From the IMG/VR virus record IMGVR_UViG_3300006224_000004: DNA of 44,994 nt; one strand, written 5' to 3'. Position 1 is the stretch's first letter. Every line of letters starts with the position of its first letter. Below the pieces are notes generated by a model. It made no database searches. It was not told where the DNA came from and saw only the letters and a list, made by a program, of their open reading frames with translations. The position numbers and the translations under genes are program-made. The stretch comes from a virus. Below are positions 25,789 through 34,759 of the stretch, piece after piece.

Positions 25789-26009
25789 TCGCCCGCTTCA
25801 TGGCCCGCGTCGATGCCCTCGAGCCGATGACGGTCGCGCTCGCGCTGTTCATTTGCGCGATCGTGTTCTTCAGCGAGCTCGGCGCGATGTGCTGGTTGCT
25901 GAACCGGCTCGGCAACCGCAAGGAGAAGCCGCCGACGAACGTCGTCTCGTTCCCGCCGACCAACGCCGAGCGGCACTGGCGCTCGCTGGAGGGGCGATGC
26001 GACTTCTAG
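25785..26009 (+). CDS. Small membrane protein
   Basis: 74 aa, GTG start overlapping TGA, with one TM segment (MTVALALFICAIVFFSELGAMCWLL). Confidence 0.35.
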   Translation: MIARFMARVDALEPMTVALALFICAIVFFSELGAMCWLLNRLGNRKEKPPTNVVSFPPTNAERHWRSLEGRCDF

Positions 26010-26137
26010 GGAACGTATTCCTGCTCGTCCTCGCGGCGGCGACCGCGTACCTGTTGGTCCGGTGCCTGATCGACGGAATGGAGGTGCGGCACAAGGGCAG
26101 AACGCCCGGCCTGAACGACGAACTCGACAACGAATAA
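25997..26137 (+). CDS. Small membrane protein
   Basis: 46 aa (MRLLGNVFLLVLAAATAYLLVRCL...); short, weak evidence. Confidence 0.3.
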   Translation: MRLLGNVFLLVLAAATAYLLVRCLIDGMEVRHKGRTPGLNDELDNE

Positions 26138-26191
26138 CCAGCAACCTGAACCGTACCGCCAGACAACGGGCGGCAACGAAAGGAAACGAGG

Positions 26192-27172
26192 ATGTCCAAG
26201 TTCAGAAAGGCAGCGCCGCAGCAGGCCAAGCTCAAGATGGCCTTCTACGGCTCGCAGGGGACGGGCAAGACCCTCACCTCCCTGCTGATCGCCGAGGGCC
26301 TGGCGAAGCGCGACGGCAAGCGCATCGCCTTCGTCGACTCCGAGCGCGGGACCGATATGTACGCCTGCGCCATCAAGGAGCGGGCCGTCCACCCCGACGC
26401 TTTCGACTTCGACGCGCTCTACACGCGCTCGCTGATGGAGACGCTCGAGGAGGTCAAGGCGCTCGACCCGAACGTCTACGGCGTCGTCATCATCGACTCC
26501 ATCACGCACCTGTGGGACGCCGCGAAGGAGTCCTACACGGGCAAGCGCGGCCCCGCCGGACAGATCCCGATCCAGGCGTGGGGCGCGATCAAGCGGCCGT
26601 ACAAGCAGCTCATCGCCAACCTTCTCGACGCGAACCTCCACGTCCTGATCTGCGGGCGCGAGGCGATCAGCCTCGAGGCGAACGAGTTCGGCGACCTCGA
26701 GGTCACGGGCACCAAGATCAAGGCCGAGTCGGAGACGGGCTACGAGCCGCATCTCCTCGTCCGGATGCGCCAGATCCGCAACGAGGACAAGACGTGGCAC
26801 GTCGAGATGTTCGTCGAGAAGGACCGCTCCGGCGTCCTCGCCGGCAAGACGATCATCAACCCGGACTACACGACGGTCGCGCCGATCGTCCAGTACCTCA
26901 CCGCCGGCGAGCAGGCCCACATGGGCTCGCTCGAGGAGGCGTCCGAGAAGGACGCCGAGGCCATCGGGCGCATCGCCGAGGAGGAGGAGCGGGAGCGGAC
27001 GGCCCTGTTCGAGCAGATCCGGGTCGCCATCGAGTCGGCCAACGACCTCGAGTCGCTCAAGTCGGCGTGGTCGCTGACCGGCGGCAAGAAGAAGCGGCTC
27101 GGCGAGGAGCTGTTCTCCAAGCTGGAAGTCATCAAGGACGCCCGCAAGGCGGCCGTCATGAAGGCGGCGTGA
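26192..27172 (+). CDS. AAA_24 / Sak4-like RecA-fold ATPase (recombination/replication)
   Basis: 326 aa. Walker A is FYGSQGTGKT and Walker B-like is VVIIDSITHLW. The size and the pairing with a downstream SSB-like gene are typical of phage Sak4 modules. Confidence 0.7.
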   Translation: MSKFRKAAPQQAKLKMAFYGSQGTGKTLTSLLIAEGLAKRDGKRIAFVDSERGTDMYACAIKERAVHPDAFDFDALYTRSLMETLEEVKALDPNVYGVVIIDSITHLWDAAKESYTGKRGPAGQIPIQAWGAIKRPYKQLIANLLDANLHVLICGREAISLEANEFGDLEVTGTKIKAESETGYEPHLLVRMRQIRNEDKTWHVEMFVEKDRSGVLAGKTIINPDYTTVAPIVQYLTAGEQAHMGSLEEASEKDAEAIGRIAEEEERERTALFEQIRVAIESANDLESLKSAWSLTGGKKKRLGEELFSKLEVIKDARKAAVMKAA

Positions 27173-27173
27173 T

Positions 27174-27482
27174 ATGGCGAAGAACGAGAACACCGTCCAG
27201 GTCTCGATCGCCTCCATCGGGATCACCCTGACGAGCGACGGGAAGCCGCGGCTGACATTCCGGCTCGACACGCTCGACGGGCGCCCGAGCGCCGACTATG
27301 CAGCCCACCACTTCGCGCTCTATCCGAGCATCGAGCAGCTCCGCGCCCTTGCCGAGCTGGCCGACCGGATCGCCGACAAGGCGACGTGGGACAGGCCGAA
27401 GCCGGAGCCGACGCCGCTGATCGACATGAAACAGTTCGCAACCGAGGCGGCGATGGCGCAGTTCAAGCCGGAGGTGGGCTGA
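27174..27482 (+). CDS. Hypothetical protein
   Basis: 102 aa, tightly packed between the ATPase and the SSB-like gene. Confidence 0.45.
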   Translation: MAKNENTVQVSIASIGITLTSDGKPRLTFRLDTLDGRPSADYAAHHFALYPSIEQLRALAELADRIADKATWDRPKPEPTPLIDMKQFATEAAMAQFKPEVG

Positions 27483-27910
27483 TGGCCTACGAAGTCGGCC
27501 CCCGCTACACCGGCACCGTCACCGCCGCCACGCTGACCGAGTCGTCGATGAAGGGCACGCCCGGCATCGAGCTCGCCATCGAAGGCGACCAGGGCGCCGT
27601 TCGCCACACCATCTACTTGACGCCGAAAACCCGTGAGCGGGCCGAGCGCGACCTCGCGCTGTTCGGCGTCAAGCCGGAGGAGCTCCGCAAGCCGGCGTTC
27701 TGGGAGGCGCTCGAGACGCGGCTCGTCGGCAAGGAACTCGGCTTCGGCTTCGCCGAGGAGGAGTTCAAGGGCGAGACGCGTCTGAAGATCGCCTACCTCG
27801 CATCGCCGAAGAAGGAGACGGCGGCGACGCTGGCCGTCAAGGCGGCGACGCTGTTCGGCGCGAAGCCTTCGCAGCCCTCTCTCTCCGACGACGACTCGGT
27901 CCCGTTCTAA
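27482..27910 (+). CDS. Single-strand DNA-binding-like protein (DUF669-like) with an SSB-type acidic tail
   Basis: 142 aa. The C-terminus LSDDDSVPF mimics the bacterial SSB tip DDDIPF. The N-terminal part is beta-rich. It follows a Sak4-like ATPase. Confidence 0.55.
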   Translation: MAYEVGPRYTGTVTAATLTESSMKGTPGIELAIEGDQGAVRHTIYLTPKTRERAERDLALFGVKPEELRKPAFWEALETRLVGKELGFGFAEEEFKGETRLKIAYLASPKKETAATLAVKAATLFGAKPSQPSLSDDDSVPF

Positions 27911-27941
27911 CCGTTTACCACCTGGGGCGGCAGGATCTCGC

Positions 27942-27971
27942 GCCGGGACCGCCCAACATCCCGGCGCTTTT
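27942..27971 (+). terminator. Intrinsic terminator-like hairpin
   Basis: GCCGGGA (27942-48), a 10-nt loop, TCCCGGC (27959-65), then GCTTTT, directly after the SSB-like stop codon. Confidence 0.4.
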
Positions 27972-27983
27972 AAGGAGAGGACC

Positions 27984-28151
27984 ATGTCCGAAGTCAACCT
28001 CGTCAACGAAATCGAAGCCGTCAAGGTGAAGCTGGAGGAGAAGAAGGTCGAGCTCCGCGCCCGGCTGGCCGCGCTCGAGACGGAGCGGGCTCAGATCAAG
28101 GCGATCCTCGGCCGCGTCCGCAAGCCGAAGGCGAAGGCAGAGAAGCCGTGA
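27984..28151 (+). CDS. Small coiled-coil protein
   Basis: 55 aa (below the track cutoff) with SD AAGGAGAGG: MSEVNLVNEIEAVKVKLEEKKVELRARLAALETERAQIKAILG. Confidence 0.4.
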   Translation: MSEVNLVNEIEAVKVKLEEKKVELRARLAALETERAQIKAILGRVRKPKAKAEKP

Positions 28152-28363
28152 ACCGTGGCGTTCCGAAGGTCCGGGTGCCCGCCACCACGGCGGGCACTTG
28201 TGTCGTCTGCGGCGGCACGGTCGCCGTCTTTTCGTTCGGCAAGAAGTTCGGCCTGAAGGTCGCCAAGTGCGGCAAGTGCCGGCAGAAGGGCTCGTCCGGC
28301 CGGGCGCGGTACGAGGAGCGGCGCAAGGTCGAGAAGGCGCTGGTGCGGCCCGGTGGCAAGTGA
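28148..28363 (+). CDS. Small zinc-ribbon-like protein
   Basis: 71 aa, GTG overlapping TGA, with CVVCGG ... CGKC (CxxC-x21-CxxC); basic. Confidence 0.4.
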   Translation: MNRGVPKVRVPATTAGTCVVCGGTVAVFSFGKKFGLKVAKCGKCRQKGSSGRARYEERRKVEKALVRPGGK

Positions 28364-29423
28364 GCCAGCGTTCCTTTCCCTTTTCAGCGGGATCGGGGGA
28401 TTCGACCTCGGCCTCGAGCGTGCCGGATGGCGATGCGTCGGCCAATGCGAGATCGACCCGTGGCGACGGGGAATCCTCGCAGCGCACTGGCCCGATGTCC
28501 CCCGGTGGGACGACGTGCGAAGCGTTCATCAAGGCGACGAAGACCCACGGGGACGACGCCGACCGATGGGAGAGCGCCCAGAAGGCTCCGACGCTGAACG
28601 GGATGGATCTCCGCTACCCGTCGAACCCCTCCGTGCTGATCTCGTCTGCGGCGGCTTCCCCTGCCAGGACCTCTCCGTCGCCGGCAAGCGGGCAGGACTC
28701 AAGGGCGAGCGATCCGGCCTCTTCTTCGAGGCCATGCGAATCGTTGCCGCTGTTCAGCCCCGATGGGTTCTCCTTGAGAACGTACCCGGACTCCTTTCAT
28801 CTCACGGCGGCAGAGATTTCGCCGTCGTTCTCGCGTCGCTGGCCGAACTCGGGTATGGGGTGGCCTGGAGAGTGCTGGACAGTCGCTACTTCGGAGTGGC
28901 CCAGAGACGCCGCCGAGTGTTCATTGTCGGCCGTCTTGGAGCCAGATCCCCCGCCCCGTTTCGCGCTTTCCTCGAAGGCGGCCAAGGGGATCCTGAGACG
29001 GGCGAGCCGGAGGGGGAAGAGGTTGCCGGGTCACTTGGAGGCGGCTCTGGAAAGCGTGGCTGGTGCAACGACCTCGACAGGTCAGGGGCGTTCGTGACCC
29101 ACGCGCTGACCGGCGAGGGGCATGACGCCAGCGAGGACGGCACGGGCCGCGGGACGCCGCTGGTGGCCCACGCGCTCTGCTCCCACCAGGTCAAGGGCGG
29201 CGACCCGACGACGGACAATTACGTCGCCTGCTCGGGCGTCCGTCGCCTCACGCCCGTCGAGTGCTGCCGCCTTCAGGGCTTCCCCGACGACTGGCTCGGA
29301 ACGCCCAACGAGCCGCCCGACTCGCCGCGCTACGCCGCCCTCGGGGACGCCGTGACCGTGCCCGTGATCGAGTGGATCGGGAGGCGACTGATCGCCAGCG
29401 ACGCACTCGAGGAGGACAAGTGA
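28353..29423 (+). CDS. dcm: DNA (cytosine-5)-methyltransferase
   Basis: Motif I LFSGIGGFDLG, motif IV GGFPCQDLS, motif VI LLENVPGL, motif VIII QRRRRVFIVG, motif X GDAVTVPV. Confidence 0.9.
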   Translation: MASEPAFLSLFSGIGGFDLGLERAGWRCVGQCEIDPWRRGILAAHWPDVPRWDDVRSVHQGDEDPRGRRRPMGERPEGSDAERDGSPLPVEPLRADLVCGGFPCQDLSVAGKRAGLKGERSGLFFEAMRIVAAVQPRWVLLENVPGLLSSHGGRDFAVVLASLAELGYGVAWRVLDSRYFGVAQRRRRVFIVGRLGARSPAPFRAFLEGGQGDPETGEPEGEEVAGSLGGGSGKRGWCNDLDRSGAFVTHALTGEGHDASEDGTGRGTPLVAHALCSHQVKGGDPTTDNYVACSGVRRLTPVECCRLQGFPDDWLGTPNEPPDSPRYAALGDAVTVPVIEWIGRRLIASDALEEDK

Positions 29424-29584
29424 TGGAGCAGGCCGTAGACACCGTCCTCGTGGCGTTCATTGTCGCGCTGGTGGCGGTCACGCTGGTGCTGATCCCGATG
29501 GGGCTGGTATGGCTGGCGCGCCGCGGGCTGGACCGGCTGCTGGCGTGGCACCGACACCGGACGTTTATGAAGTGGAGACGGTAG
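29423..29584 (+). CDS. Small membrane protein
   Basis: 53 aa with one TM segment (VLVAFIVALVAVTLVLIPMGLVWL); TGATG overlap. Confidence 0.35.
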   Translation: MEQAVDTVLVAFIVALVAVTLVLIPMGLVWLARRGLDRLLAWHRHRTFMKWRR

Positions 29585-29713
29585 ATGAGCGACACACCCG
29601 GCTGGAAGCAGGAACTCAAGGAAGCCGTGCTCGACATAGCGTGGTTTCTCGGCGTCGTTTCAATGCTGGTGCTCGTCGTCGGGCTGCTCTGGGCGTGGGG
29701 AGGGACGTGGTGA
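29585..29713 (+). CDS. Small membrane protein
   Basis: 42 aa with one TM segment (IAWFLGVVSMLVLVVGLLWAW); fills the gap exactly. Confidence 0.3.
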   Translation: MSDTPGWKQELKEAVLDIAWFLGVVSMLVLVVGLLWAWGGTW

Positions 29714-30246
29714 ACTGGCTCGACTACTCCGACAGCGTCCCGGGCTTCATGTCCCGCGAGGAGCTGACCTGGCTCCACGACCGCGCCGCGACGATGCAGA
29801 CGGTCGTCGAGATCGGGACGTGGAAGGGCCGCTCGGGCTCGGCGCTCGCGGCCGGGTGCCCGGGCAAGGTCTGGTGCATCGACCACTTCCGTGGCTCGCC
29901 GGATCAGGTGTCCGAGGAGGGCGTGGGCTGCGCCGAGGCGGTCAAGGGCCATGTCGGCGAGCTGGCCCGCAAGAACCTGGCGCGGTTCCCGAACGTGACG
30001 ATCCTCGAGATGACGAGCCGGCAGGCGGCCGATTTGTTCGAGGACGGCTCGGTGGACATGGTCTTCATCGACGGCACGCACGGCTACCGCGCCGTCATCA
30101 GCGACCTGATCGCGTGGCGGCCGAAGGCGCGGAAGCTGTTCTGCGGGCACGACGCCGACTGGGGCACGGTCAGGGACGCCCTCCGGGACCTGAAGGTCGA
30201 GTGGACGGCCGGGCCGGATGCGATTTGGTATGTGGAGGTGGAGTGA
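29707..30246 (+). CDS. Class I SAM-dependent methyltransferase (Methyltransf_24 / TylF-CmcI-like)
   Basis: FMSREELTWLHDRA...VVEIGTWKGRSGSALA...VWCIDHF ... VDMVFIDGTHGY matches the remembered pattern of this small-molecule/sugar O-methyltransferase-like family. The GTG start is at 29707 or 29710. Confidence 0.6.
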   Translation: MVNWLDYSDSVPGFMSREELTWLHDRAATMQTVVEIGTWKGRSGSALAAGCPGKVWCIDHFRGSPDQVSEEGVGCAEAVKGHVGELARKNLARFPNVTILEMTSRQAADLFEDGSVDMVFIDGTHGYRAVISDLIAWRPKARKLFCGHDADWGTVRDALRDLKVEWTAGPDAIWYVEVE

Positions 30247-30452
30247 TGGCCGGCAAACTCACCGTCGCCGAGCGGCTGCGCGTCGTGAGAGCCGCCATGC
30301 CCTGGCTGGCCGAGCGGCCGGCGCACCAGTTACTGACCGAGCAGTTGGACGTCGAGATTTGCCTTGCCGGCGGATCGCCGCCGAACATGACGATCGAGAC
30401 GCGGCTGCGGGTGCTGGACGAGGCGCGGCGGGTGCAGGAGGCGGGAAAATGA
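30246..30452 (+). CDS. Hypothetical protein
   Basis: 68 aa with a TGATG overlap. Confidence 0.35.
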   Translation: MAGKLTVAERLRVVRAAMPWLAERPAHQLLTEQLDVEICLAGGSPPNMTIETRLRVLDEARRVQEAGK

Positions 30453-30784
30453 AACCCAAGCGCACCCGCCGCTCCCTGTTCGCCACCGGCCACCACGACG
30501 AGAACCACGCCGCCATCGTTGCCGCGCTGACGCGACTCGGGCCGGAGCCGATCGACACGAGCAAGGTCGGCTCGGGCTTCCCCGATCTGGTCTGGCCGTT
30601 TCAAGGGCAGACGGTGCTCGTGGAAGTGAAGGCATGGGACGGGTCGCTGACGCCGTCCCAGGAGCGGTTCCACCGCGAGTGGCGCGGCGGGCCGCTGATC
30701 GTCGTGACGTGCGAGGCGGACGTGCTGGCGGCGGTGAAGTCGCTGACGGGACGGACGGAGATCAGGGCGGGGGTAAGGGGATGA
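30449..30784 (+). CDS. VRR-NUC domain nuclease (PD-(D/E)xK)
   Basis: 111 aa: GSGFPDLVW ... VLVEVKAWDGSLTPSQERFHREW. Typically partnered with phage SNF2 helicases. Confidence 0.7.
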   Translation: MKPKRTRRSLFATGHHDENHAAIVAALTRLGPEPIDTSKVGSGFPDLVWPFQGQTVLVEVKAWDGSLTPSQERFHREWRGGPLIVVTCEADVLAAVKSLTGRTEIRAGVRG

Positions 30785-32286
30785 GCGACGAGCTCTATAC
30801 CTGGGCCTCCGCCCGCAGCCGCACCGACTCGAAATCCGCCGCCGCGCTGGAAGCCGAAGGTTGGCAAGAAGCGGGGCGGCATCCGATCTATGGGACGAGG
30901 CTGATGAAGAAGGATGCATCGCTGGACTACGGACGGTTCATCGCCGAGAAGCACAAGACGCTCGAATTCCCCGGGATCGAACCGGGCGAACTGAATCCGA
31001 AGCTGTTCGACTTCCAGCGGGACATGGTCCGGTGGGCGCTTCGGCGGGGACGGGCGGCGATCTTCGCTGACTGCGGGATGGGCAAGAGCTTCATCCAGCT
31101 CGAATGGGCAAGGCATATCCCGGGCCGCGTCCTGATCCTCGCGCCGCTGGCCGTGGCGCAACAGACAGTCCGCGAGGCGCACAAGTTCGGCCTCGAGGCC
31201 CACTACGCCCGCGACGGGAAAGCCCACGGTCAGATCACGGTCACGAACTACGACATGCTCGACCATTTCAACCCGGCCGACTTCGCCGGCGTCGTGCTCG
31301 ACGAGAGCTCGATCCTGAAGGCGTTCGACGGCAAGACGCGGACGCGGCTGATCGAGGCGTTCGGCGCGACGCCGTTCCGGCTGGCTTGCACGGCGACGCC
31401 GGCCCCGAACGACTTCATGGAACTCGGGAACCATTCGGAGTTTCTCGGTATCGCCTCCCGTTCGGAGATGCTGGCGACCTACTTCGTCCACGACGGCGGC
31501 GACACGTCGCAGTGGCGGATCAAGGGCCACGCCGTCACCGAGTTCTGGCGATGGGTCTGCTCGTGGGCGGCGATGCTCCGGCGGCCGTCCGATCTCGGGT
31601 ACAAGGACGACGGGTTCATCCTGCCCGAGCTCGACACCCGGGAGCTTCTGGTTCCGCTTGAGGTCGAGACAGCGCACTCGGCCGGGATGCTGTTCCCGAT
31701 GGATGCCCTGACTCTCGTGGATCAACGCGCCGTGCGGCGGGCTTCCGTGGGCGACCGGGCGAAGGCCATCGCCGCGATCGTGAATGACTCCGAGCAGCCG
31801 TGGGTCGTCTGGTGCGAACTGAACGACGAAGCCGACGCGATCGAGGCTGCCATCCCTGACGCCATCCAGATCAAGGGCGCGGACGAGAACGCCGACAAGG
31901 AGGCGAAGCTACTCGCCTTCGCTTCCGGGGACGAGCGCGTCCTGGTCACGAAGCCATCCATCGCCGGCTTCGGAATGAACTGGCAGCACTGCGCCGATAT
32001 CGTCTTCGCGGCCCCGTCCCATTCGTTCGAGATGACGTACCAGGCGATCCGCCGATGCTGGCGCTTCGGCCAGAAGCGGCCGGTGACGGTCTGGATGACG
32101 AGGACGGACGCGGACGGCGCGATCGTCGAGAACCTTCGCCGGAAGGAAGCCGACGCCGAACGGATGGCCGAGCGAATGATCCAGAGCGTCGCCGGCTTCC
32201 AGAACATCACGGCGCGGGCGATCCGGCAGATGACGGCCTACGCCCCGGATAAAGCATTGGAGGTGCCCAAGTGGCTGGCAGCGTGA
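30781..32286 (+). CDS. SNF2-family DEAD/DEAH-box helicase
   Basis: 501 aa. Motif I ADCGMGKS, Ia LILAPLAV, II VLDESS, III CTATP, VI QAIRRCWRFGQ. Confidence 0.85.
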   Translation: MSDELYTWASARSRTDSKSAAALEAEGWQEAGRHPIYGTRLMKKDASLDYGRFIAEKHKTLEFPGIEPGELNPKLFDFQRDMVRWALRRGRAAIFADCGMGKSFIQLEWARHIPGRVLILAPLAVAQQTVREAHKFGLEAHYARDGKAHGQITVTNYDMLDHFNPADFAGVVLDESSILKAFDGKTRTRLIEAFGATPFRLACTATPAPNDFMELGNHSEFLGIASRSEMLATYFVHDGGDTSQWRIKGHAVTEFWRWVCSWAAMLRRPSDLGYKDDGFILPELDTRELLVPLEVETAHSAGMLFPMDALTLVDQRAVRRASVGDRAKAIAAIVNDSEQPWVVWCELNDEADAIEAAIPDAIQIKGADENADKEAKLLAFASGDERVLVTKPSIAGFGMNWQHCADIVFAAPSHSFEMTYQAIRRCWRFGQKRPVTVWMTRTDADGAIVENLRRKEADAERMAERMIQSVAGFQNITARAIRQMTAYAPDKALEVPKWLAA

Positions 32287-33179
32287 TCTCGCAGGAATCC
32301 GGCGACGGGTTCGTGATGTACCAGGGCGACTGCGTGGAAGTCCTCGCGTCGCTCCCGCCTGACTCGGTGGACTACTCGATCTTCTCGCCGCCGTTCGCGT
32401 CGCTGTACGTCTACTCGGACAGCCCGAGGGATTTGGGCAACTGCAAGACGCACGAGGAGTTCTACGAGCACTTCCGATTCGTGGTCGATGGCCTGATGCG
32501 GGTGACGAAGCCGGGCCGGCTTCTGTCCTTCCATTGTATGAACTTGCCAACCAGCAAGGTCCGCGAAGGCTTCATCGGCCTGCGCGACTTCCGGGGCGAG
32601 ATGATCCGGTTGTTCGTCGAGGGCGGATGGATCTACCACTCCGAGGTCTGCATTTGGAAAGACCCCGTGACGGCGATGCAGCGGACGAAGGCGATCGGGC
32701 TGCTCTACAAGCAGATCAAGAAGGACTCGACGATCTCGCGGCAGGGAATTGCCGACTACCTCGTGACGCTGAGAAAGCCCGGAACGAATCCCGATCCGGT
32801 CACACACACGCCTGACGACCTGTCGCTGCCGACCTGGCAACGGTACGCGAGCCCGGTCTGGTCTGACATCCGGCCCTCGCGGACGCTTCAGTATCGGTCG
32901 GCCCGGGAGGAGAAGGATGAGCGGCATATCTGCCCGCTTCAGCTCGACGTGATCGAGCGGTGCATTCATCTCTGGTCGAACCCGAACGACATCGTGCTCT
33001 CGCCGTTCGCCGGCATCGGCTCCGAAGGCGTCGTGGCCCGGCAGATGGGCCGGCGCTTTGTCGGGATCGAACTGAAGCAGAGCTACTTCGACCAGGCCGT
33101 CCGGAACATCCTGCGGGCAAAAGAGGAACAGCCGACCCTCGTGGAGCCTCCCGTGGAGGCCATCGAGGCGGCCGAATGA
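32271..33179 (+). CDS. DNA methyltransferase, N4-cytosine/N6-adenine family (beta class), SPPF motif
   Basis: Motif IV IFSPPF precedes motif I LSPFAGIGSEG. An S rather than D in motif IV is more typical of N4-cytosine enzymes. The start is GTG 32271 or GTG 32283. Confidence 0.85.
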   Translation: MAGSVISQESGDGFVMYQGDCVEVLASLPPDSVDYSIFSPPFASLYVYSDSPRDLGNCKTHEEFYEHFRFVVDGLMRVTKPGRLLSFHCMNLPTSKVREGFIGLRDFRGEMIRLFVEGGWIYHSEVCIWKDPVTAMQRTKAIGLLYKQIKKDSTISRQGIADYLVTLRKPGTNPDPVTHTPDDLSLPTWQRYASPVWSDIRPSRTLQYRSAREEKDERHICPLQLDVIERCIHLWSNPNDIVLSPFAGIGSEGVVARQMGRRFVGIELKQSYFDQAVRNILRAKEEQPTLVEPPVEAIEAAE

Positions 33180-33556
33180 CCGCCTCGCCCTCCACCGCCG
33201 CCCCGGAGCCCTCCCCCGTCGTCCTCGAGGTCGAGAAGTCGCTCCTCGGCTCCATCCTGATCTGCGGACGCGGCTGGCTCGCCAAGGCCGACGGCCTCGA
33301 CCGCCGCGACTTCGGATACGAGCCGCACCGCCTGATCTGGGACGCCATCTGCGAGCTCGACGCCGACGGCGAAGGGATCGACCTCGTGACCGTCATGTAC
33401 CGGCTCGAACGCAAGGGGACGCTCGACCGCGCCGGCGGGGCCGGGTACGAGTCGTCGCTGGTGGACCGGGTGCCCGACGTCGAGAACGTCGCCGCCTATG
33501 CGCGGATCATCCGCGAGGCGTCGTTGATGAGAAGGCGGCGGGCATGGGGGACGTAA
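33176..33556 (+). CDS. DnaB helicase N-terminal domain protein
   Basis: 126 aa: EVEKSLLGSILICG...DFGYEPHRLIWDAICEL...IDLVTVMYRLERKGTLDRAGGAGYESSLVDRVPDVENVAAYARIIRE is the DnaB_N pattern. Confidence 0.7.
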   Translation: MTASPSTAAPEPSPVVLEVEKSLLGSILICGRGWLAKADGLDRRDFGYEPHRLIWDAICELDADGEGIDLVTVMYRLERKGTLDRAGGAGYESSLVDRVPDVENVAAYARIIREASLMRRRRAWGT

Positions 33557-34752
33557 AGGACTTCCCCGGCCCTGACCCGCGCCGCGGCGGGGACGAGCCG
33601 CCCGGCGGCATCCTCGAGATCCTCCGCAAAGACCTCGCCGAGAACGACCGCAAGCGGGAGCTGATCCTCGCCGAACTGGCGAAGTGGGAGCCGGCGACCG
33701 GCGCGGCGAAGCTCTGGCTCGAGTACCGCGACCTGTTCGACGCCGCCCTGGCCGTCGGCGAGCAGTTCGGGACCGGCTTCCCGACCGTGGACAAGCACAC
33801 GGACGGCGGGCTGGCCCGGGGCACGATGACCGTGATCCAGGGCAAGCCCGGCATCGGCAAGACGCTGGTCGCCACGCAGATCGCCAAGGCGCTCGCCCCC
33901 CGCTGCGCCGTGGCCGCCCTGTTCGCCGACGAAGGGCTGGCCGGCGCCCGCGTCAGGATCGGCCAGCAGATCGGCCAGGACCGCCGCAAAATGCGCCGAC
34001 CGGATACCCTGGCCCGTGACGAGGCTACCCGGGCGTTCGGGGCGCAGGCGGCCTTCTGGCGGTTCCTGCAGCCCCGCAGCCCTCGAGCGACCATCGAGAC
34101 GCTCGCTGAGGAGTTCGACCGGATGGCCCCGCCCGGGATGCCGCGGGTGTGGCTCTTGGACTCGGCCCAAGTGATCCGGGCCGAAGGCTCGAGCCGCCAG
34201 CCCGACCGCCGGCTCCGGACCTCGGACGTCATCTGGCGGACCCGGGAGCTCGCCGACAACTACGGCGCCATCGCCCTGCTCGTCAGCCAGGTCGGCCGGG
34301 CCGCCTACGGGTCGAAGGACAAGGACAAGCGGGTCGAGGATCTGGCCGCCGGCCTCGAGACGTCCGCCATTGAGTACGCCGCCGAGCTGATCCTGCACAT
34401 CGACGGCAACCCCAAGAAACAAGTGGAGATACGGTGCGCCAAGAACCGCTACACGGGCGACCTGTTCAACGTCCCGTGCCGGATCGACTTCCCGACGGCG
34501 ACGTTCCACGAGCTGGACGTGAACGCGCTGGAGCAGGAAAAGGAGCAGGAGCACGAGGTCGAGATCCACGAGGCGAAGAAGAAGGTGCTGATCGAGGTCA
34601 CGAGAAACCCCGGAATCACGTCGAATCAAGTAGTTGGCGGCGTTCTGCTGAATCGCGGGATCGTTTTCGCGGCGCTCAAGTCGCTGAAAGGCGAGAAGGC
34701 CCTGAAATGCCAGCCAGGCCCCCGGAACTCGATGCTCTGGAGCCCCGCATGA
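33544..34752 (+). CDS. DnaB-like replicative helicase ATPase domain with a C-terminal winged-helix-like extension
   Basis: GFPTVDKHTDGGLARGTMTVIQGKPGIGKT (Walker A in DnaB_C context), Walker B WLLDSAQV. The C-terminal VLIEVTRNPGITSNQVVGGVLLNRGIVFAALKSLKGE looks wHTH-like. Confidence 0.7.
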   Translation: MGDVKDFPGPDPRRGGDEPPGGILEILRKDLAENDRKRELILAELAKWEPATGAAKLWLEYRDLFDAALAVGEQFGTGFPTVDKHTDGGLARGTMTVIQGKPGIGKTLVATQIAKALAPRCAVAALFADEGLAGARVRIGQQIGQDRRKMRRPDTLARDEATRAFGAQAAFWRFLQPRSPRATIETLAEEFDRMAPPGMPRVWLLDSAQVIRAEGSSRQPDRRLRTSDVIWRTRELADNYGAIALLVSQVGRAAYGSKDKDKRVEDLAAGLETSAIEYAAELILHIDGNPKKQVEIRCAKNRYTGDLFNVPCRIDFPTATFHELDVNALEQEKEQEHEVEIHEAKKKVLIEVTRNPGITSNQVVGGVLLNRGIVFAALKSLKGEKALKCQPGPRNSMLWSPA

Positions 34753-34759
34753 GACGTAA

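Noticed and set aside
28198-29097. A 299-aa alternative-frame ORF overlapping the C5-methyltransferase.
   Set aside because: The 28353..29423 frame contains every canonical m5C MTase motif in the right order. The alternative frame is Ser/Pro/Arg-rich with no motifs.
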